A stretch of DNA of 64,000 bases, taken from a virus. Below are positions 47,352 through 58,473 of this stretch, in pieces; the stretch's first letter is position 1; each line of letters starts with the position of its first letter. The DNA lies in the IMG/VR virus record IMGVR_UViG_3300022602_000028; one strand, written 5' to 3'. Both the position numbers and the translations under genes were made by a program. The notes beneath the pieces were generated by a model. The model saw nothing but the letters and a program-made list of their open reading frames with translations. It was not told where the DNA came from and ran no database searches.

Positions 47352-48386
47352 ATGAACTTCACTGATTTCTTCACAAGAGGGTTTTCAAACACTCTTAAAT
47401 TCAAAAATCAAGCAAACTTCTCCTTTAGAGGAACTGCTGTTACTGTAACCGCCAACACGGTGATCGATAGTTGGAACTTACAAGATTTTAGTAGTGCAAC
47501 TTACGAAATTGTGATGGAGTACGGCACTGACGATGTAGAACACGTTAATATTATAGCTAGTGCTCGCGCAAATCAAGCAAGCGTAACGGTATTTGGAAGA
47601 ACAAATTTAGGTCGAGACTTGGTGCAATTTACAGCTACAGTAGACAACAATGTAGTTAAAATTATTGCAAATCCATTTTATGCCACTGATACTGTAACTC
47701 CATTGGCAGGAATTAAAGTTATCTACAAAGCTACATACAGCGAACGAGTGCTAAAATTAAGCGTTCCGCAAACAGTAGGCGAAACAAGCTCTCTCGGTGG
47801 AGCTCAAGGTTTACAATTAAACTGGAATAATAGTAATTTACCTAATGGATTTTTATCGATAACAGAATCTGGGCTTATTGAAATTGGAGCAATTACAAAC
47901 GTAGCAGTGCCCGGTCAAACTACGTTGTCAGCGGCTTTTATTCTCGACAGCTTGGCAATTACAAATAGTGATAATTCGATATCGCTAACAACAGATTCTA
48001 TAGGGCGAATTTTATCATTTACAGCTAGCAATTATCCTAGTATAGGAGTTACTGGTGCATTTACTAGTAGCCTTTCAGGCACTACTAATACTATAGATCG
48101 AACAACTATTGGATCTATTGCTCCAACATACGGACAATTTACTGTGTTAGGATCAACGGGTGCTACAACATTCTCAGGAAATACAATCATTAGACCAACT
48201 GGAACTGGAACAGTGACAATGTCATCAGCAACAACTGGTAGCATGGATAATGTGTTGATAGGATCAGTAACACCTGCAAGCGGAAGATTTTCAAATTTAA
48301 CTCTTAATACAGAAACACAAGTTGGTAATAATCTTATTAATCTTAATGCTGTTAAAAAAATACTATTGCTAGGAGCAATTAAATGA
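47352..48386 (+). CDS. virion structural protein (fibre-like)
   Basis: 344 aa; G.(I/M)DN..IGS.TP..G.F..L repeats shared with the next two genes. Confidence 0.55.
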   Translation: MNFTDFFTRGFSNTLKFKNQANFSFRGTAVTVTANTVIDSWNLQDFSSATYEIVMEYGTDDVEHVNIIASARANQASVTVFGRTNLGRDLVQFTATVDNNVVKIIANPFYATDTVTPLAGIKVIYKATYSERVLKLSVPQTVGETSSLGGAQGLQLNWNNSNLPNGFLSITESGLIEIGAITNVAVPGQTTLSAAFILDSLAITNSDNSISLTTDSIGRILSFTASNYPSIGVTGAFTSSLSGTTNTIDRTTIGSIAPTYGQFTVLGSTGATTFSGNTIIRPTGTGTVTMSSATTGSMDNVLIGSVTPASGRFSNLTLNTETQVGNNLINLNAVKKILLLGAIK

Positions 48387-48907
48387 GTGCATATACATAC
48401 ATAGCAGTTTCAGGACAAAATACAATTGGTCTGAACGCAACAACAAACACGTTAACACTGGTTGGCGGAAACGGCATAGTTCTTACTACTAATTCTTCAA
48501 CAAATACTGTTAATATTGCAGTGAGCCCAACGTTAAGTTTGTCTACTTTAAATGTTACTAATACGTTAAACATTAATCCTTCAACCGCTGGCACATTGGA
48601 TAATATTACTATTGGTAGCATTACTCCTCGCCCTGCAACATTTACCACATTAACCGCAACTGCAACTACAACTATATCTCCTGCTAATTTTCCAGTAACC
48701 ATTAGTCCTACTGGTTCAGGATCAATAATTATTAATCCTGCAACTACTGGAACGTTAGACAACGTTGCTATTGGAGCAACTACTGCGGCCGCTGGAACAT
48801 TTACCACTGTAAGTATAACTAGTACACAACAATTTGCCAGCAATAGTGCAGTGACTAAAAACTTTGCCACAGCACTTGCGGCAGCTTATGGCATAGCGAT
48901 GGCTTAA
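48383..48907 (+). CDS. virion structural protein (fibre-like)
   Basis: two GTLDN..IG..T..A.TFT repeats; ATGA overlap. Confidence 0.55.
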   Translation: MSAYTYIAVSGQNTIGLNATTNTLTLVGGNGIVLTTNSSTNTVNIAVSPTLSLSTLNVTNTLNINPSTAGTLDNITIGSITPRPATFTTLTATATTTISPANFPVTISPTGSGSIIINPATTGTLDNVAIGATTAAAGTFTTVSITSTQQFASNSAVTKNFATALAAAYGIAMA

Positions 48908-48908
48908 T

Positions 48909-49679
48909 ATGAGTTCAGTAACTAAATTATTTCGTAGTCAAAATGGATTTACTAGTCCATATTTTGTAGTAGATTCTAATGGAAATTTAATTGCCAGTAG
49001 TCTTGTAGTTACTGGTAATAGGATTGAAATCAGTGCAGGTTGTTATATAAGCTATAACGGAAGACCTTTATTAACTAATACTAGTTTATCTAGTAGCGTA
49101 GTTAATATTCCGGGAACACTAACTAGTTTAACAGTAGGTGGTATAACTACTCTTACAGGGGCATTGACAGCAAGCGGTGGAGTTATTTCGGTAACAGGCA
49201 CTGCCGGGAGCACATTAGATAATGTAACTATTGGTTCAGTTACTCCGGCTGCCGCAACATTTACAGCCCTAACAACTACTGGAAATACATCATTTGGCGG
49301 TACTAGTTCGTTTACAATTAATAATACTGGATCTGTTACTATTAGTCCTACAGGAACTATAACACTAGGTACTCCTGGACAAATTAAGATCCTAGCAGGT
49401 AATATTCAGGCGATTACTCAAAATCAAACAATTAATTTCAGCCCAACTGGTACAGGAAATGTTGTAATTAACCCAACTGGATTAGGTTCCGTAGACAATA
49501 TGACTATAGGTTTAACAACTCCTGCCGCTGGTCAAATGACAACATTAACACTAACAGCTAATAACGAGTCTTACTGGAACGCTGTTAGTAACCCCACTAA
49601 CCCTAGAAGTCAAGCAACTACTAAAAGATACGCAGAACAAGCCGCATGGGCCATAGGATTCTTCACAAGATCAATCTAA
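48909..49679 (+). CDS. virion structural protein (fibre-like)
   Basis: STLDNVTIGSVTPAAATFT and SVDNMTIGLTTPAAG repeats. Confidence 0.55.
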   Translation: MSSVTKLFRSQNGFTSPYFVVDSNGNLIASSLVVTGNRIEISAGCYISYNGRPLLTNTSLSSSVVNIPGTLTSLTVGGITTLTGALTASGGVISVTGTAGSTLDNVTIGSVTPAAATFTALTTTGNTSFGGTSSFTINNTGSVTISPTGTITLGTPGQIKILAGNIQAITQNQTINFSPTGTGNVVINPTGLGSVDNMTIGLTTPAAGQMTTLTLTANNESYWNAVSNPTNPRSQATTKRYAEQAAWAIGFFTRSI

Positions 49680-49692
49680 TGCCCAATGCAAT

Positions 49693-49700
49693 GATAAATA
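49693..49700 (+). promoter_or_regulatory. late promoter GATAAATA
   Basis: upstream of GGAGA RBS and ATG 49726. Confidence 0.6.
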
Positions 49701-49725
49701 ATACTAGATAATCGGAGAGCAATAA

Positions 49726-52700
49726 ATGGCCAAAAGTCAGATTAGACAATACGTTTTTACACCAGGGGCAGCCGGTGTAGGCACAATTCAGGTACCTGGA
49801 AAAGTTGACCTTCAACAACTTTTGGTAATTACCAATACTACAAGAAACGTTATACTTTATAACTTTGCTGATGTAACCTATGCAGGTACAACAGTTGCAA
49901 TAACTCGTGCAAACGATATTACTAACTGGTTTAATACATTAGATAACACCGACGGTATTACAACTATTACCCTGCCTGTTAGCACAGTGGGTCAAAGTAG
50001 TACAGATACATTGCAAATTTTCTTCGAAAAACCAGAACTAATTACTCGTCCATGGGATATGGGTACCGATGGCTTTGAACGTACTCGTGTAAGTCCTCCG
50101 CAAAGTATGATTGACGCTGACTTTGAGTATGGTATTCAGCCTACCAAGTGGTTAACAATCAGTCAAGAACGCGGTTATCCAAGCATTTATGAAATTCCAG
50201 GAACAGATACTACTGTAAGTGCAATTATTACAGATGCTAGTATTGGTACAGGCGGCGCCGCCACATCACAAAGTTTAATTACAGTAACTACGGTAGCCGC
50301 TCACGGATTAAGTATAGGTAATGCTATCACTTTGGCAGGATTAGATTCTAGTATTACTGGTTTTGAACGTGCCCAAGGATCATTTGTTGTTTATGCTGTG
50401 CCTAGTGCAACAAGTTTTACATTTTATGCTAAAGGCAAAGTAGGTTATAGCAACGGTGATAGTTTATACACTGTGGCTGCACAATTACGTTTAGGTGGAT
50501 TTTACACAGGATCTAACATTAATGCAGTTATCAATGCTACAGCGTTAGCCACAACTAGTTCTGGTAACTATGTAACATTAACTACCACAACTGGTATGAC
50601 TGCCGGTTCAAGTATTGTTTTTAATACAATAAGAACAAATGCAGTAGCTACTAACAGCGTTACACAAATTATTACATTAGGTACAAACATTGGTATGCAA
50701 CCAGGTATGCCATTATCATTTAGTGGTACAAGTTTTGGCGGTATTGCAACAGGTACAACTTATTATGTGGTCAGTATCCAACCAGGTGCTACACAAGATA
50801 ACGTTAGTATCACAATGAGTATTAACCCAAGTTTAACACCAGTATTCATTCCAACAGTAACAACAACTGGCGGTAACATGAACGTAGTTGGTGGTGCAAA
50901 TTTTGGTAACTTAGTAGCTGGCACACAATACTATATTGGTACTGTAGCTAACAGTACTCAAGTTACAGTCAGTAACAACGTTTTGTTTACAACAACAATT
51001 AACGCAACTAGTGCTGTAAACAACAGTGTAAGTTTAGGAACTACTACTAACATTACAGTAGGCGAGTTATTTACTGTTACTAGTGGATCAACAATTGGTA
51101 ACTTAGCTCAGGGTACTTATTATGTTGTTAGTATTTTAGACGGTTCAAACGTAACAATTAGTAGCAGTAGTACATTATCTCCAGTGTTCACACAAACAAC
51201 TGCATATGGTTCTATGACAGTGTCATTAGGACAAGTATTAGCATTAACTACTGTAACAGCAGGTAACGGTTATTTGTCAGCGATCAGCACAGGTCAACCA
51301 ACATTTACCTACAGTAATACTGCATCAAGTCCTAGTGCTAACTTTACAGCATCATTGACCAGTGGATCAACTGGTCAGCTTGTAGTTACAGCAGTGGCTA
51401 GCGGTGCATTAGCAATTGGCCAAGGTATTCAAACTACTGGACAAACAGTTCCTAGCGGTTGCGTAATTACAGCACAAGTTAGCGGTACTGCTGGACAAGC
51501 AGGTACATATACTGTAAACGTTACTAACGGAAGTGTTAGTTCAACTAACACATTTTATAGTGTATCAGTAGCTCCTACAATTACTGTAAACACCTATGTT
51601 AATCATGGATTTGTACCAGGACAAACTATTAACGTAGTTGTTACAAGTGATAATGGTACAAACAATCATACACTAGCACAAGGTCCGTACTACGTTGAAA
51701 ACGTTACAAGTTTAACAACATTCACGTATACTGCTCGCGGTATTGGTACAATACAGCCAACTACAACTATTATTGGATCGTTATATGCTCGCGTTGATAG
51801 TTTTTTCCAACATAGACCATTCGATGGCGGCGTACAACTAGGAACAGGAAACCCTGCACACGGATTGCAAGCAATTCGTATGAGTAAAAAGTATATTCGT
51901 TATCAATCTGGTAAAGGTATTAACTTTAATACTGGATTGTTAATGGCTCCAAATTACTTTGTACGTAGCGTTACTGCCAACGGTACAGCAATTGGATCAG
52001 TAATTACTATTGTAACAGACGATGTGGATCATGGTTGTCAAATTGGTGCTCGTGTAAGTTTACAAGGTGTATTGACTTTGGGTTTTAATGGAACTTATAC
52101 TGTAACTGGTATTGTAGATGAACGTACACTACAAGTAATAGCCTTTCAAACACTAGGTGCAATCAGCCCAACGACAGGTGCAAGTATCCAAGATCCTTGT
52201 TTATTAAGTTTTGTCGGTTGGACAGGCGCAACTGTTCGATCAGGTACATATGATGAACAAAACGGTGTATTCTTTGAATTTGACGGCTCACAAGCGTATG
52301 TGGTTAAACGTGCTAGTACATTCCAATTAGCTGGTACTGTTAGCGTAGTTGCTGGTAGCGGTCAAGTTATTGGTATTAATTCACGTTTTGCTACACAATT
52401 AGTAGCAGGCGATCGCGTTGTTATGCGCGGTATGACACACGTTGTTACTCAAGTTGTTAGCCCTACTTTAATGTATGTTAATCCACAGTGGCGCGGCGCA
52501 ACAAGTATAAACGGTATTAAAATTACAAAAACTATCGACTATAAAATTCCTCAATCACAGTGGAATAAGGATCGATTTGACGGTACTAGCAGTCCATTTA
52601 ATCCAAGTGGATATTTAATGACACCATCTAAAATGCAGATGGTGGGTATGCAATGGACATGGTACGGTGCTGGATCTATTGACTGGATGATGCGTGGTGA

Positions 52701-54246
52701 TGATGGTAACTACAAATTTGTTCATCGTTTGCGTAATAACAACTTAAACAACGAAGGCTGGATGCGTACTGGTAACATGCCTGTTCGTTATGAAGTGCAA
52801 AACGAAGGTGCAAGAAGTTATATAGTAGGCGCTGGTATGGGAAGCGGTGATCTTACAATGAGCCTATGGGATACTACATTTTTCCCAGTACCTGCTAGCG
52901 GATATACACAATCAGTATATGTAGATAATGAAATTATCACTTATACTAATAAAACAAATGCGTATGCAACTGCCACTACTAGCGTTGGAAGTTTAGTTAT
53001 TTTATCTAATACAACTAACATGGTTGCCAATCAGCCAATTGTATTCAACAATTCACAAGGCCTTGGCTTAGGTAATATTGCAACCGGTACAACATATTAT
53101 GTATTAGGTGCTCCAACAGTATTCACTGGTACAATCTTAGGTGTTACTTATACCAATGCTCCAGCTATTCAAATTTCTACTATAGCAGGATCAGGATTAG
53201 TAACGCAAGCAAATGCAGTAGCTACAACACAATTTAATGGATTGCAAACTACTGGTTCATTGTTAGGTTGTAGTAGAGCACAAACTACTACATTATGGGC
53301 AACTGGTGGATATCGTACATTTGGTGCTGGTTCAGCAACAGCTCATGCGGCTAATACTGGTGTCATCTTAGTTGCTCCTACGGCAAGTCCTGTTGTAAGC
53401 CATTGGGGTGCCGCGTTTGTACAAGACGGCGGATTTGATACAGATCGTTCATATATTTTCAGTTATCAATCACCTAACATTACAATTACAACTAAGAAAA
53501 CTTGTGCGTTTGCTGTGCGTCAAGCACCTAGCGTAAGTAATGCGCTAACAGGTGATTTAGGCTTACGCGAATTGATTAATCGTGCTAGTTTCTTATTACA
53601 AGCGCTGGATATTACAGCGGGTACTGGTGGTGCTAACGCGGCGTTGGTTATTGAAGGTGTTATTAATCCAAGTAACTATCCAACTGATTTAAGTAAGATT
53701 CCGTTCTACAGTTTAAACAGTACTACACTGCCAACAGGACAACCGAGTTTCAGTCAAGTTGCTCCAGGTGCAGGCATTACGTTTGCTAACTCAGCTACTA
53801 ATATTACTACAGTAACTAATACTGGTATTAATACTATTGGTGGCACATCATTTACTGTTTCTAATACTAATGGTATCCGTGTAGGTGATGACGTGTATTG
53901 CCCAACTGTTACTTCCGCGTTCTTTAGTTTAACTAAAGTAGCGTCTATTAACGGAACTACTATTACTTTAACAACAGGTGTTGCGGCAGCAGTGGCAAGC
54001 AGTACTGTAATTTACTTCTCACGTAATACAGCGGCTACACCAGGCGAAACAATTTTCTCATTCATTGGTTCTCCGGCTAACAAAGACTCGTTGGATCTTT
54101 CATTATTGAAAGAATTGACTAATACACCAATCGGTGGTCGCGGATGTTACCCAAATGGTCCAGACGTATTGTTTATTAACGTTTACATTACACAAGGTAC
54201 TGTTATTGCTAACTTGGTTCTACGTTGGGGCGAAGCGCAAGCGTAA
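49726..54246 (+). CDS. large virion/tail fibre protein (1506 aa)
   Basis: T/S/G-rich repeated modules (FGGIATGTTYYV, FGNLVAGTQYYI) shared with the 4005-aa protein. Confidence 0.6.
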   Translation: MAKSQIRQYVFTPGAAGVGTIQVPGKVDLQQLLVITNTTRNVILYNFADVTYAGTTVAITRANDITNWFNTLDNTDGITTITLPVSTVGQSSTDTLQIFFEKPELITRPWDMGTDGFERTRVSPPQSMIDADFEYGIQPTKWLTISQERGYPSIYEIPGTDTTVSAIITDASIGTGGAATSQSLITVTTVAAHGLSIGNAITLAGLDSSITGFERAQGSFVVYAVPSATSFTFYAKGKVGYSNGDSLYTVAAQLRLGGFYTGSNINAVINATALATTSSGNYVTLTTTTGMTAGSSIVFNTIRTNAVATNSVTQIITLGTNIGMQPGMPLSFSGTSFGGIATGTTYYVVSIQPGATQDNVSITMSINPSLTPVFIPTVTTTGGNMNVVGGANFGNLVAGTQYYIGTVANSTQVTVSNNVLFTTTINATSAVNNSVSLGTTTNITVGELFTVTSGSTIGNLAQGTYYVVSILDGSNVTISSSSTLSPVFTQTTAYGSMTVSLGQVLALTTVTAGNGYLSAISTGQPTFTYSNTASSPSANFTASLTSGSTGQLVVTAVASGALAIGQGIQTTGQTVPSGCVITAQVSGTAGQAGTYTVNVTNGSVSSTNTFYSVSVAPTITVNTYVNHGFVPGQTINVVVTSDNGTNNHTLAQGPYYVENVTSLTTFTYTARGIGTIQPTTTIIGSLYARVDSFFQHRPFDGGVQLGTGNPAHGLQAIRMSKKYIRYQSGKGINFNTGLLMAPNYFVRSVTANGTAIGSVITIVTDDVDHGCQIGARVSLQGVLTLGFNGTYTVTGIVDERTLQVIAFQTLGAISPTTGASIQDPCLLSFVGWTGATVRSGTYDEQNGVFFEFDGSQAYVVKRASTFQLAGTVSVVAGSGQVIGINSRFATQLVAGDRVVMRGMTHVVTQVVSPTLMYVNPQWRGATSINGIKITKTIDYKIPQSQWNKDRFDGTSSPFNPSGYLMTPSKMQMVGMQWTWYGAGSIDWMMRGDDGNYKFVHRLRNNNLNNEGWMRTGNMPVRYEVQNEGARSYIVGAGMGSGDLTMSLWDTTFFPVPASGYTQSVYVDNEIITYTNKTNAYATATTSVGSLVILSNTTNMVANQPIVFNNSQGLGLGNIATGTTYYVLGAPTVFTGTILGVTYTNAPAIQISTIAGSGLVTQANAVATTQFNGLQTTGSLLGCSRAQTTTLWATGGYRTFGAGSATAHAANTGVILVAPTASPVVSHWGAAFVQDGGFDTDRSYIFSYQSPNITITTKKTCAFAVRQAPSVSNALTGDLGLRELINRASFLLQALDITAGTGGANAALVIEGVINPSNYPTDLSKIPFYSLNSTTLPTGQPSFSQVAPGAGITFANSATNITTVTNTGINTIGGTSFTVSNTNGIRVGDDVYCPTVTSAFFSLTKVASINGTTITLTTGVAAAVASSTVIYFSRNTAATPGETIFSFIGSPANKDSLDLSLLKELTNTPIGGRGCYPNGPDVLFINVYITQGTVIANLVLRWGEAQA

Positions 54247-54266
54247 AAATTGTTCGTTGCAGTAAT

Positions 54267-54294
54267 AAAAAAGCCGCTAAATGCGGCTTTTTTT
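54267..54294. terminator. bidirectional intrinsic terminator
   Basis: AAAAAA-GCCGC-TAAAT-GCGGC-TTTTTTT between convergent genes. Confidence 0.9.
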
Positions 54295-54742
54295 ATAAGT
54301 TATCTACTATATCTATAATAGTTTGTATTTTAGTCTGTATTACTCGATTCCGAAGACTAAGATCTAATCCTTTGTGTATAGGTTTAGGAAAACGTGACAA
54401 AGTAAACCATCCCCATGCACTATGCTCGTCGCTTAATATAGGAACAAATTCATCTTCTACTACACAAAAATAAGTATGAAAATTAAAAACAGCGTCGTTG
54501 CTGGTAAATTTTTCTAAAGGCAAGGCTTTTTTTATAACGGGTAATGATCCTAATTCTTCTTCAATTTCACGTTGTAGTCCTTGCCATGGATTTTCGTGAG
54601 CCAGATTAGTGCCGCCTACCAGTCCCCAAGTATCAGCATGTTTACCATGATTTTTTTGTAACAGTAAAAATCGTCGTGTAGATTTGGCACATATTAACGC
54701 ACCGCTACAAATAATTTTATCTGTTATAGTTCTAGTCTCCAT
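54293..54742 (-). CDS. Nudix hydrolase
   Basis: Nudix box G-TNLAH-E-NPWQGLQ-REIEEELG. Confidence 0.85.
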   Translation of the reverse strand: METRTITDKIICSGALICAKSTRRFLLLQKNHGKHADTWGLVGGTNLAHENPWQGLQREIEEELGSLPVIKKALPLEKFTSNDAVFNFHTYFCVVEDEFVPILSDEHSAWGWFTLSRFPKPIHKGLDLSLRNRVIQTKIQTIIDIVDNL

Positions 54743-56193
54743 TGCCCGGCCCTATATTCACCTTCAAAGCTCTTAACCCACGAAACGCCGTTCCATAAGT
54801 ATTGAACTCCAGTGTATATATTCGTTTGCCAGATCATAGTAGTAGTTTCTTGAGCACTATGAAATATTACATTCCACTGTGTACCAGTGTATTCGATAAT
54901 ATCATTAGCTACTGCTACTAATGGTCCCCAAGCACTAGCATATTTTCCATCAGCAATACTTGCGGCATCTCCAATATCTTCGATAATAAGATATCTTGTT
55001 CCTGCGATTGCCGAACTAGGATTATACGTCAATGGATTAACAATAGCATCAAATGTACCTGGACTGTTTGGTCTGTACCCTGAAGCCGGATTGTAATGAG
55101 TAACATCTGTATCTAAAAATCCGTTACTATCGATTCCGGTATTTGTTACTAGAGTATCAAGGTCCCAGTTAATCATTAATACTGTAGTATCTACAGGATT
55201 CAATGCAACAGTTCCTGCAATTTCAGTCCCAGTTTCTTGTATTAAATAAATTCTACTACTACCAGCAACATATTGTCCAGGATATTGTGAAAACACTTCT
55301 GCCCAATCGATTAATGGACCTTGTTTTACACTAATATCTAAACTAGGTTCTCTTGGAATAACACTTTCGCTTTCTCCTAGTATTCTAGCTTGACCATTAT
55401 ATACTTGGATTCCAAAACTACTTATAGTTGTTACTTGTTGAGTTAATAAGTTAGTTAAAATTATATTGCCTTCTTGCTCTGGATCGGATCCGAGACCTTC
55501 AATATAGCCATACCCGTCTTGAGTCATAGCACCATCATTATAAAAACTAGTAATAATCTTCTTAATAATTCCAAGATGTTTTACCTTAGCTGGAGGACTG
55601 ATCCATATCGGTGTTTCTACAGTAATAGTAGCTATGTCGATTGGAGTGTCTGTTCCAACTGGCACACTTCTACTACTCCAATTAATATCATTTAAATTTA
55701 ATACGGTAAGACTAGTCCAATCTATATAGTTGTCAGTTGTTTGTAATTCTAAACTAGGATTAAACAATACTAGTATTTGTTCAAGTATTTGCAATTTTTG
55801 ATCTGTATTTGCTGACCAAATATCTATTTTCATTTGCAATTCGAATGGAGTAGGCATTATACGTTCAACTGTATAGTTTCTGCCTTGGTTATTTGTGTAA
55901 GCTCCACTAGCTACATCGCGCTCGCGAATATGTACCTTGCCTACATAAGTTGCATCAGCTAGTCTATTACGATCTAGTTTAAGTTCTTTAACGTATACTG
56001 CAATTCTAGGAACGCTGTTGATTTTATTTTCGCTGTTATTTTTTATAATATTAGCAACTTGACGATCAACATCTCCATACATTACCGGAACTTGATGTAA
56101 GGTTCCATCGCCATATTTGACTACGAAATTACTAAGTACTCTTATTGTCTGCGTTATATAACGTCTTATTTGGCCATCGTAAAAATGTTGCAT
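54724..56193 (-). CDS. gp15: tail terminator / sheath stabiliser, T4 gp15-like
   Basis: FYDGQIRRYI.Q, VPVMYG, PTPF.L...IDIW..N..QKLQILEQIL..FNP. Confidence 0.75.
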   Translation of the reverse strand: MQHFYDGQIRRYITQTIRVLSNFVVKYGDGTLHQVPVMYGDVDRQVANIIKNNSENKINSVPRIAVYVKELKLDRNRLADATYVGKVHIRERDVASGAYTNNQGRNYTVERIMPTPFELQMKIDIWSANTDQKLQILEQILVLFNPSLELQTTDNYIDWTSLTVLNLNDINWSSRSVPVGTDTPIDIATITVETPIWISPPAKVKHLGIIKKIITSFYNDGAMTQDGYGYIEGLGSDPEQEGNIILTNLLTQQVTTISSFGIQVYNGQARILGESESVIPREPSLDISVKQGPLIDWAEVFSQYPGQYVAGSSRIYLIQETGTEIAGTVALNPVDTTVLMINWDLDTLVTNTGIDSNGFLDTDVTHYNPASGYRPNSPGTFDAIVNPLTYNPSSAIAGTRYLIIEDIGDAASIADGKYASAWGPLVAVANDIIEYTGTQWNVIFHSAQETTTMIWQTNIYTGVQYLWNGVSWVKSFEGEYRAGQWRLEL

Positions 56194-57638
56194 TATAAAT
56201 CTGCCCTAGGTTTAAGTGCTTGCGATAAACTTTGACGTTGGTCATCTCTGGTGTTATACATAGTAACTACCCAAGTGCCTGCAAATGAAATTGTTTGTTG
56301 AGTATTGTTAATTAACGGTAATGTAATTCGAACATTATTACTAGCTATTCCAGTAACCGGATTAACATATCGATACGAACTTATCATATTAGGATATTCT
56401 GCAATGGAGTATTCCATTGTGTAAGTATCTAACTTTAGTACAATATAATTGCTAGTTGTGTATGCTATTCTAGTATTAACTACACTATCACCAACTGCTA
56501 AAATTACCTGGTCGCTGGCTATAGCATTGTTGTAAGTATAGTTATTGTTATTAATAAATCCAGTTTTGAGTGTAGATCTTGTATCGTTGTTAGTCATGGT
56601 CATTCTGACAGAATCTTCCATCTTAACCCATCGCACTCCGTCAAATTTAAAAAGTCTATTAGGCATAAAATCAGTTCTTAAAAAGAAATCATCAGTAGCA
56701 GGAGAGCTAGGAAATTGTATACCAAAGCCAAATTCGTAACCATTAACCGGAAATCCATCGCCTAGTAGATAACCACTATAGCCAGTTCTTTGTGGAATAG
56801 CATTAACACTTGATGAATTAGTGTTTGCATTAATATTGTCAGCGGTAAGATCTGTTTCGTCTGCATTTCTTAATAATGGTTTACCTGTGTCGGGATCTAC
56901 TGCTAGTGTATAAAATTGTCTAGTTTCATAACCACTTAACGGAGCATCTGCTTCTGCTTGTGCAACAACTTGGGCATTTATTGCTAGCTCTTGTGTTCGT
57001 GTACTTAACAAATCTCGGAGACTAGTATTTGCTACCGGATCGCCGTTAGCATCAACTGCTGGTTGATTTAATATGTCTGCAAACTGTTGACTGTCTACTA
57101 CTTTCTTACATTTTAGTCTGTACAAATGTGGATACCACGTTACGCTAAATCCTTCGGTTGCACGTCCTACATCTTCGATAACATAATACCTGGGTAATGT
57201 AAAATCAAAATCATTAAGCGCAAAATCATCTCGCAAATGTGGCAATTCAAACACATCTCCGCTCATAGGTTTGCGACCAATAGTATTAATAATATCATTA
57301 ATGTGTACAGTCATATAAATTGTATCACTATCAATGAATAATCCAAATTGACTCAAATTAAAATCAATATTTGCCACGTTATAATGACCGCGTAATCTGT
57401 AAATTTCAGTATCGTATTTTCTATCCCGATTTTCTAAGAATAATAAATCTTGGATATTTGTAGGATTCAAAGCACCGTAAACTGGCTGATCCGCAGTTCC
57501 TGAAGTTTTTAGTGCTGGACCCATGTATTTGTGCAAATACACATCAGTGCCTCCAACTTGGAACATTTCGCTGGCTTGACGATCTATAAACTTATAGTCG
57601 TTACCCTTTTCTGGTTTGTATAAAGATAAACGTGGCAT
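56193..57638 (-). CDS. gp14: neck/head-closure protein, T4 gp14-like (481 aa)
   Basis: MPRLSLYKP..., DLLFLENRDRKY, FNLSQFGLF, GDVFELPHL; start moved from 57719 to 57638. Confidence 0.7.
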   Translation of the reverse strand: MPRLSLYKPEKGNDYKFIDRQASEMFQVGGTDVYLHKYMGPALKTSGTADQPVYGALNPTNIQDLLFLENRDRKYDTEIYRLRGHYNVANIDFNLSQFGLFIDSDTIYMTVHINDIINTIGRKPMSGDVFELPHLRDDFALNDFDFTLPRYYVIEDVGRATEGFSVTWYPHLYRLKCKKVVDSQQFADILNQPAVDANGDPVANTSLRDLLSTRTQELAINAQVVAQAEADAPLSGYETRQFYTLAVDPDTGKPLLRNADETDLTADNINANTNSSSVNAIPQRTGYSGYLLGDGFPVNGYEFGFGIQFPSSPATDDFFLRTDFMPNRLFKFDGVRWVKMEDSVRMTMTNNDTRSTLKTGFINNNNYTYNNAIASDQVILAVGDSVVNTRIAYTTSNYIVLKLDTYTMEYSIAEYPNMISSYRYVNPVTGIASNNVRITLPLINNTQQTISFAGTWVVTMYNTRDDQRQSLSQALKPRADL

Positions 57639-57642
57639 AGTG

Positions 57643-57664
57643 ATATTTATCGTATGATAAATAT
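57643..57664. promoter_or_regulatory. back-to-back divergent late promoters forming a perfect 9-bp inverted repeat
   Basis: ATATTTATC-GTAT-GATAAATAT between the gp14-like and gp13-like genes. Confidence 0.7.
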
Positions 57665-57679
57665 GTATGGAGAACTTAT

Positions 57680-58465
57680 ATGGACGATCTACCATCATCA
57701 ACGCAATCTGATTCCACAATCGAACGAAATAAAGTGTTTAGCTATGTAAAACAGATGCTAGGCGACGGTATGATTGAAGTAGAATTAGACCCAGTACATT
57801 ACGAAACTGCCCTTGACCGTGCATTAAACCGTTATCGTCAAAAAAGTCCTAATGCTGTTGAAGAAAGTTATAGTTTTCTTGAACTTATTCAGGATCAAAA
57901 TGAGTACAGATTACCAGATGAAATTATTACAGTACGTCAAGTATTTCGCCGTGCGATTGGTAGCCGCACCGGCATGGGCGCTGGTGGTACTTTGTTTGAA
58001 CCCTTTAACTTGGCATATACAAATACATATTTGATGTCAGGAAGTATGATGGGCGGTTTAGCTACATACGAACTATTCAGCGGATATCAAAAACTTGTAG
58101 GCCGTATGTTTGGTAGTTATATAGAATTTCTCTGGAAACCTACCACGCATATATTAAATATTTTACAACGCCCATTTAGTCAAGGCGAACAAATTTTAAT
58201 TCAAAGTTATAATTTTAGACCAGATTGGGTATTGTTACAAGATATCTATGCCAAACAATGGCTTAAAGATTATACTCTAGCAGTTTGTAAACAAATGTTA
58301 GGCGAAGCACGTAGCAAGTTTGGAGCCATTGCAGGCCCAGGCTCTCCAATTACTTTAAATGGTACTGCATTGTTAGGAGCCGCTAAAGAAGAATTAGTTG
58401 CTTTAGATAAAGAATTGGACACATACGTAGCTGGCGGATCTGGCTATTACTTTGTATTAGGTTAA
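57680..58465 (+). CDS. gp13: neck protein / head-tail adaptor, T4 gp13-like
   Basis: LGDGMIEVELD, W.KDYTLA..K.MLGEARSKF..I.GP....TLNG. Confidence 0.8.
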   Translation: MDDLPSSTQSDSTIERNKVFSYVKQMLGDGMIEVELDPVHYETALDRALNRYRQKSPNAVEESYSFLELIQDQNEYRLPDEIITVRQVFRRAIGSRTGMGAGGTLFEPFNLAYTNTYLMSGSMMGGLATYELFSGYQKLVGRMFGSYIEFLWKPTTHILNILQRPFSQGEQILIQSYNFRPDWVLLQDIYAKQWLKDYTLAVCKQMLGEARSKFGAIAGPGSPITLNGTALLGAAKEELVALDKELDTYVAGGSGYYFVLG

Positions 58466-58473
58466 GAAATTTC

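Noticed and set aside
26-57719. Longer ORF-track starts at 26, 6620, 10939, 38313 and 57719
   Set aside because: They overlap upstream genes, terminators or promoters. Downstream ATGs (65, 6719, 11044, 38358, 57638) fit the promoter positions and, for 38358, the paralog's N-terminus.
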